Shown here: positions 63,901-64,000 of the stretch, piece by piece
Numbering within the stretch: the first letter of the stretch is position 1
How the letters are laid out: the number at the start of each line of letters is the position of its first letter
Assembly: GCA_040954595.2 (NCBI GenBank)
Contig: CM082582.2
Coordinates: 5,502,303-5,566,302, forward strand
Length of the DNA stretch: 64,000 nucleotides
Direction: 5' to 3'
Origin: Balanoglossus misakiensis
Taxonomy: Eukaryota > Animalia > Hemichordata
Made by a program: the position numbers and the translations under genes
The notes under the pieces: model-generated
The model's database searches: none
The model's input: only the letters and a program-made list of their open reading frames with translations
What the model was told of the DNA's origin: nothing

Positions 63901-64000
63901 GGGGAATAATTCGCCCCGGTGAATGAACACGTGAAAGTTATATAATCACTCATGATTTGGCCGGCGTAAGCTTTCATAATGGCTTCCGCAAGGATTGATT

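Overview
This is AT-rich, intron-containing metazoan DNA, probably from an invertebrate deuterostome (inference). It is not prokaryotic, and most ORF-track entries are noise. Three spliced genes can be built by hand. (1) A minus-strand gene with an RRM-like region, a KH-like region, a long S/T/K/R linker and a macrodomain, resembling the N-terminus of PARP9/14-type proteins; it runs off the window start. (2) A complete Septin-7 gene on the + strand (7431-36198, about 445 aa). (3) A complete EEPD1 gene on the + strand (CDS 46543-59517, about 637 aa). The SEPT7-EEPD1 order matches what I recall for vertebrates. Introns and intergenic DNA carry one 5'-truncated LINE and many small non-autonomous DNA transposons. 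The strongest hidden signal is a candidate 2-nt microexon (AG|CG|GTAAGT, 8301-8302) in SEPT7, preceded by a distal branch point and about 110 nt with no AG. Other leads are a charged cassette exon in SEPT7, alternative terminal exons that would remove the macrodomain, 44-65 bp TAG...CTA hairpin elements with 9-bp target duplications, an intron-split uORF in EEPD1, and oriented CTCF-like motifs. I found no CRISPR array, tRNA, rRNA or wholly new multi-gene system. All gene models are read by eye, without transcript or database support.
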